A stretch of DNA of 64,000 nucleotides from Phormidesmis sp. GTDB taxonomy: Bacteria > Cyanobacteriota > Cyanobacteriia > Leptolyngbyales > Leptolyngbyaceae. This document shows, piece after piece, positions 62,368 to 64,000 of this stretch. The notes below the pieces were generated by a model. That model was not told where the DNA came from. It was given only the letters and a program-made list of their open reading frames with translations, and searched no databases. Numbering within the stretch: the first letter of the stretch is position 1; every line of letters begins with the position of its first letter. The stretch spans positions 2,336,001-2,400,000 of the forward strand of contig CBDFJR010000002.1 in the NCBI GenBank assembly GCA_965248535.1, read 5' to 3'. The translations under genes were made by a program, and so were the position numbers.

Positions 62368-63561
62368 TCAAGATTTGACATTCAGCAAAACTTGAACACT
62401 CAAATTTGTTAAACCTGAAACTCTCCGACTCGATGGCTCATCCAATAGCACTTTCACTTCCACGACCCGCGCATCAAACTGAGCGGCTGGATCGGTATTG
62501 AGAACATCTTGTTTGTTAATCTCCAGTCCGACTTCGACCACTTTGCCGCGCAGCACATCCGAAAACGCATTATTTTTGCTGGTGACGGTTGCCGTCTGCC
62601 CTGCTCGAATGCGGCTAACATCCAATTCGTAAACTTCGGCGACTGCGACCATTTTCTGAGTTTGCCCCAGGCTGATGATGCCTTGAGTTCCGACTAACTC
62701 TCCAGGACGAGTCTGGATTTTGAGAACTTGTCCATCTTGAGGCGATCGCACCGTTGCCAAATTCAACTCTGCCTGTGCCCTTGCTATACTCGCCTGTGCT
62801 TGTGCGACTTGCGATCGTGCCACCTTCACATCGACCGGACGCACTTCTGAAACTTGGTCGAGTGTCGCTTGCGCCTCAGCCACCTGCTTCTGTCGCGATA
62901 ACTGAATTCGGCTCAGATTCGCTCGTGCCTCGTTGAGTTGTTGCCGCACAGTATCAGCGGTCAATTGCTTCCCGTCGCGCAACGAAGCAGAAACGGCTCC
63001 ATCGGTGTAAAGCGTTTGATAGCGCCGCTCTTCAAGTTCTGCGTTGCGAAGTTCGGCTTGCAGACGGGCGATCGTGGCTTCTTGAGCAATGGTTTCAGTT
63101 TGGAGTTCAACCTGTTGGCGATCGACGACTCGCGCCTGTGCCCGAACTTCTCCTGATTTTGCACCTGCTTCTACTTGCTCCAGCCGAGCTTGAGCGACTT
63201 TTAACTGCTCTTGTGCTTCCTGAAAAGCTGCCTGCCGACGCTCATAGGTATCTAAAACTGCAACAACATCGCCTTCGCGAATTTGCTGACCGTGGCTCAC
63301 TCTGAGCGTTTCCACTCGCGCACCCTCGGAGGATATAGGCGCAAACACTTGAATGACTTCGCCCTCTGGCTCCAATCGCCCCAGAGCCGAGACTGTCTCG
63401 ATCGTGGGCGCAGTAGTGACAGCTATCGAGGGCTGAATCGGGCGGTTGAGCCAGACTCGATAAGCAGCACTCCGCCGCCGACTAGCAAGAGACAGCCAAC
63501 CCCAAGCATTGCGCTTCAAGTAGGGCGATCGCCATTTAGCGCCCCAACTAACATTGTTCAT
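62368..63561 (-). CDS. devB: DevB/HlyD-family membrane fusion protein
   Basis: VSALGRLEPEGEVI, coiled coil, DARVVEVKV; TM anchor lies in a shifted frame near 63465-63510. Confidence 0.88.
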   Translation of the reverse strand: MNNVSWGAKWRSPYLKRNAWGWLSLASRRRSAAYRVWLNRPIQPSIAVTTAPTIETVSALGRLEPEGEVIQVFAPISSEGARVETLRVSHGQQIREGDVVAVLDTYERRQAAFQEAQEQLKVAQARLEQVEAGAKSGEVRAQARVVDRQQVELQTETIAQEATIARLQAELRNAELEERRYQTLYTDGAVSASLRDGKQLTADTVRQQLNEARANLSRIQLSRQKQVAEAQATLDQVSEVRPVDVKVARSQVAQAQASIARAQAELNLATVRSPQDGQVLKIQTRPGELVGTQGIISLGQTQKMVAVAEVYELDVSRIRAGQTATVTSKNNAFSDVLRGKVVEVGLEINKQDVLNTDPAAQFDARVVEVKVLLDEPSSRRVSGLTNLSVQVLLNVKS

Positions 63562-63593
63562 ATCCGGCTCCCTTTGTGGTTAACTCCAAATGG

Positions 63594-64000
63594 TTAAATC
63601 CAACGCCGCACACTTGTCTTGTAGCGCAAGTATTCATCACCAAATTTTTGCTCTAAATAATGCTCTTCGCGATTGATCACGCCGTTTTGCACCACAATCA
63701 TCAGCGGAAGCAGAAGCAACAGCCCCCAGAGTGCATTAAAAAGCAGCGAGATACCAATGTAAAGCAGCGTCAAGGATAAGTAAATCGGGTTGCGGCTGAA
63801 ACTAAACGCTCCGTTGGAGACAATCGCTGTTGTTGGTTGAGAAGGATTAACGGCTGTCTGTGCGCGGCGCATTGCACGAAAAGCTGAGATTGCGACCAAA
63901 GCTGCGCCGACCAGTATGACTACGCTGGATGCGATCGCAATCAATCGCGGCAGCAACGGAACCGGAAAAATAGACTGAAGCAAGAGTCCGATCGTGAGTG
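63594..64000 (-). CDS. Isoprenylcysteine carboxyl / phospholipid methyltransferase family membrane protein (5' end outside window)
   Basis: SRNPIY, REEHYLEQKFGDEYLRYK..VRRWI. Confidence 0.85.
   Translation of the reverse strand, partial: LTIGLLLQSIFPVPLLPRLIAIASSVVILVGAALVAISAFRAMRRAQTAVNPSQPTTAIVSNGAFSFSRNPIYLSLTLLYIGISLLFNALWGLLLLLPLMIVVQNGVINREEHYLEQKFGDEYLRYKTSVRRWI

Larger units (their letters stand above)
23211..64000. mobile_element. Integrative conjugative element / integrated conjugative plasmid at tRNA-Phe (right end not seen)
   Basis: att fragment, T4SS, coupling protein, relaxase/MobC, ParM/ParR, helicase-primase; no intact tRNA-Phe or integrase in the window, so inclusion of 60.4-64 kb is inferred. 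Confidence 0.75.

Noticed and set aside
60442..63561. devBCA as evidence of a heterocyst-forming host
   Set aside because: DevBCA-family exporters are widespread in non-heterocystous cyanobacteria

Overview
Cyanobacterial chromosomal window (very dense HIP1 octamer GCGATCGC, ndhD, PBS-lyase HEAT protein, devBCA-type exporter). 1-8.4 kb is a variable patch (ABC transporter, frameshifted P-loop/TPR gene, MITE-like repeat, mutarotase, stacked toxin-antitoxin modules with repeated flanks, a gene trailed by a degenerate 21-nt array). 8.5-19.1 kb is core-like (ahcY, GT2, PilT/PilU-family ATPase, ndhD2-like, HEAT repeat). 19.1-23.0 kb is a decayed phage/plasmid-like islet (RelE pair, XRE switch with three operators, HicAB, deleted integrase). 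A 47-bp 3' fragment of tRNA-Phe at 23211-23257 marks the att boundary of a large conjugative element that probably runs past the window end: cyanobacterial T4SS operon and coupling protein, relaxase with a fully nested gene, ParM/ParR-like pair and a 2339-aa methylase-helicase-primase. Its cargo contains the best candidate for a new system: a stand-alone retron-type reverse transcriptase (45100-46221) preceded by a structured ~250-nt ncRNA region and an HTH-like/CHAT/TPR gene whose caspase-like catalytic His is replaced by Cys. Many small indels, including compensating pairs in ordinary genes, suggest consensus errors, so pseudogene calls are provisional. All family calls come from motif recognition by eye; no database searches were run.
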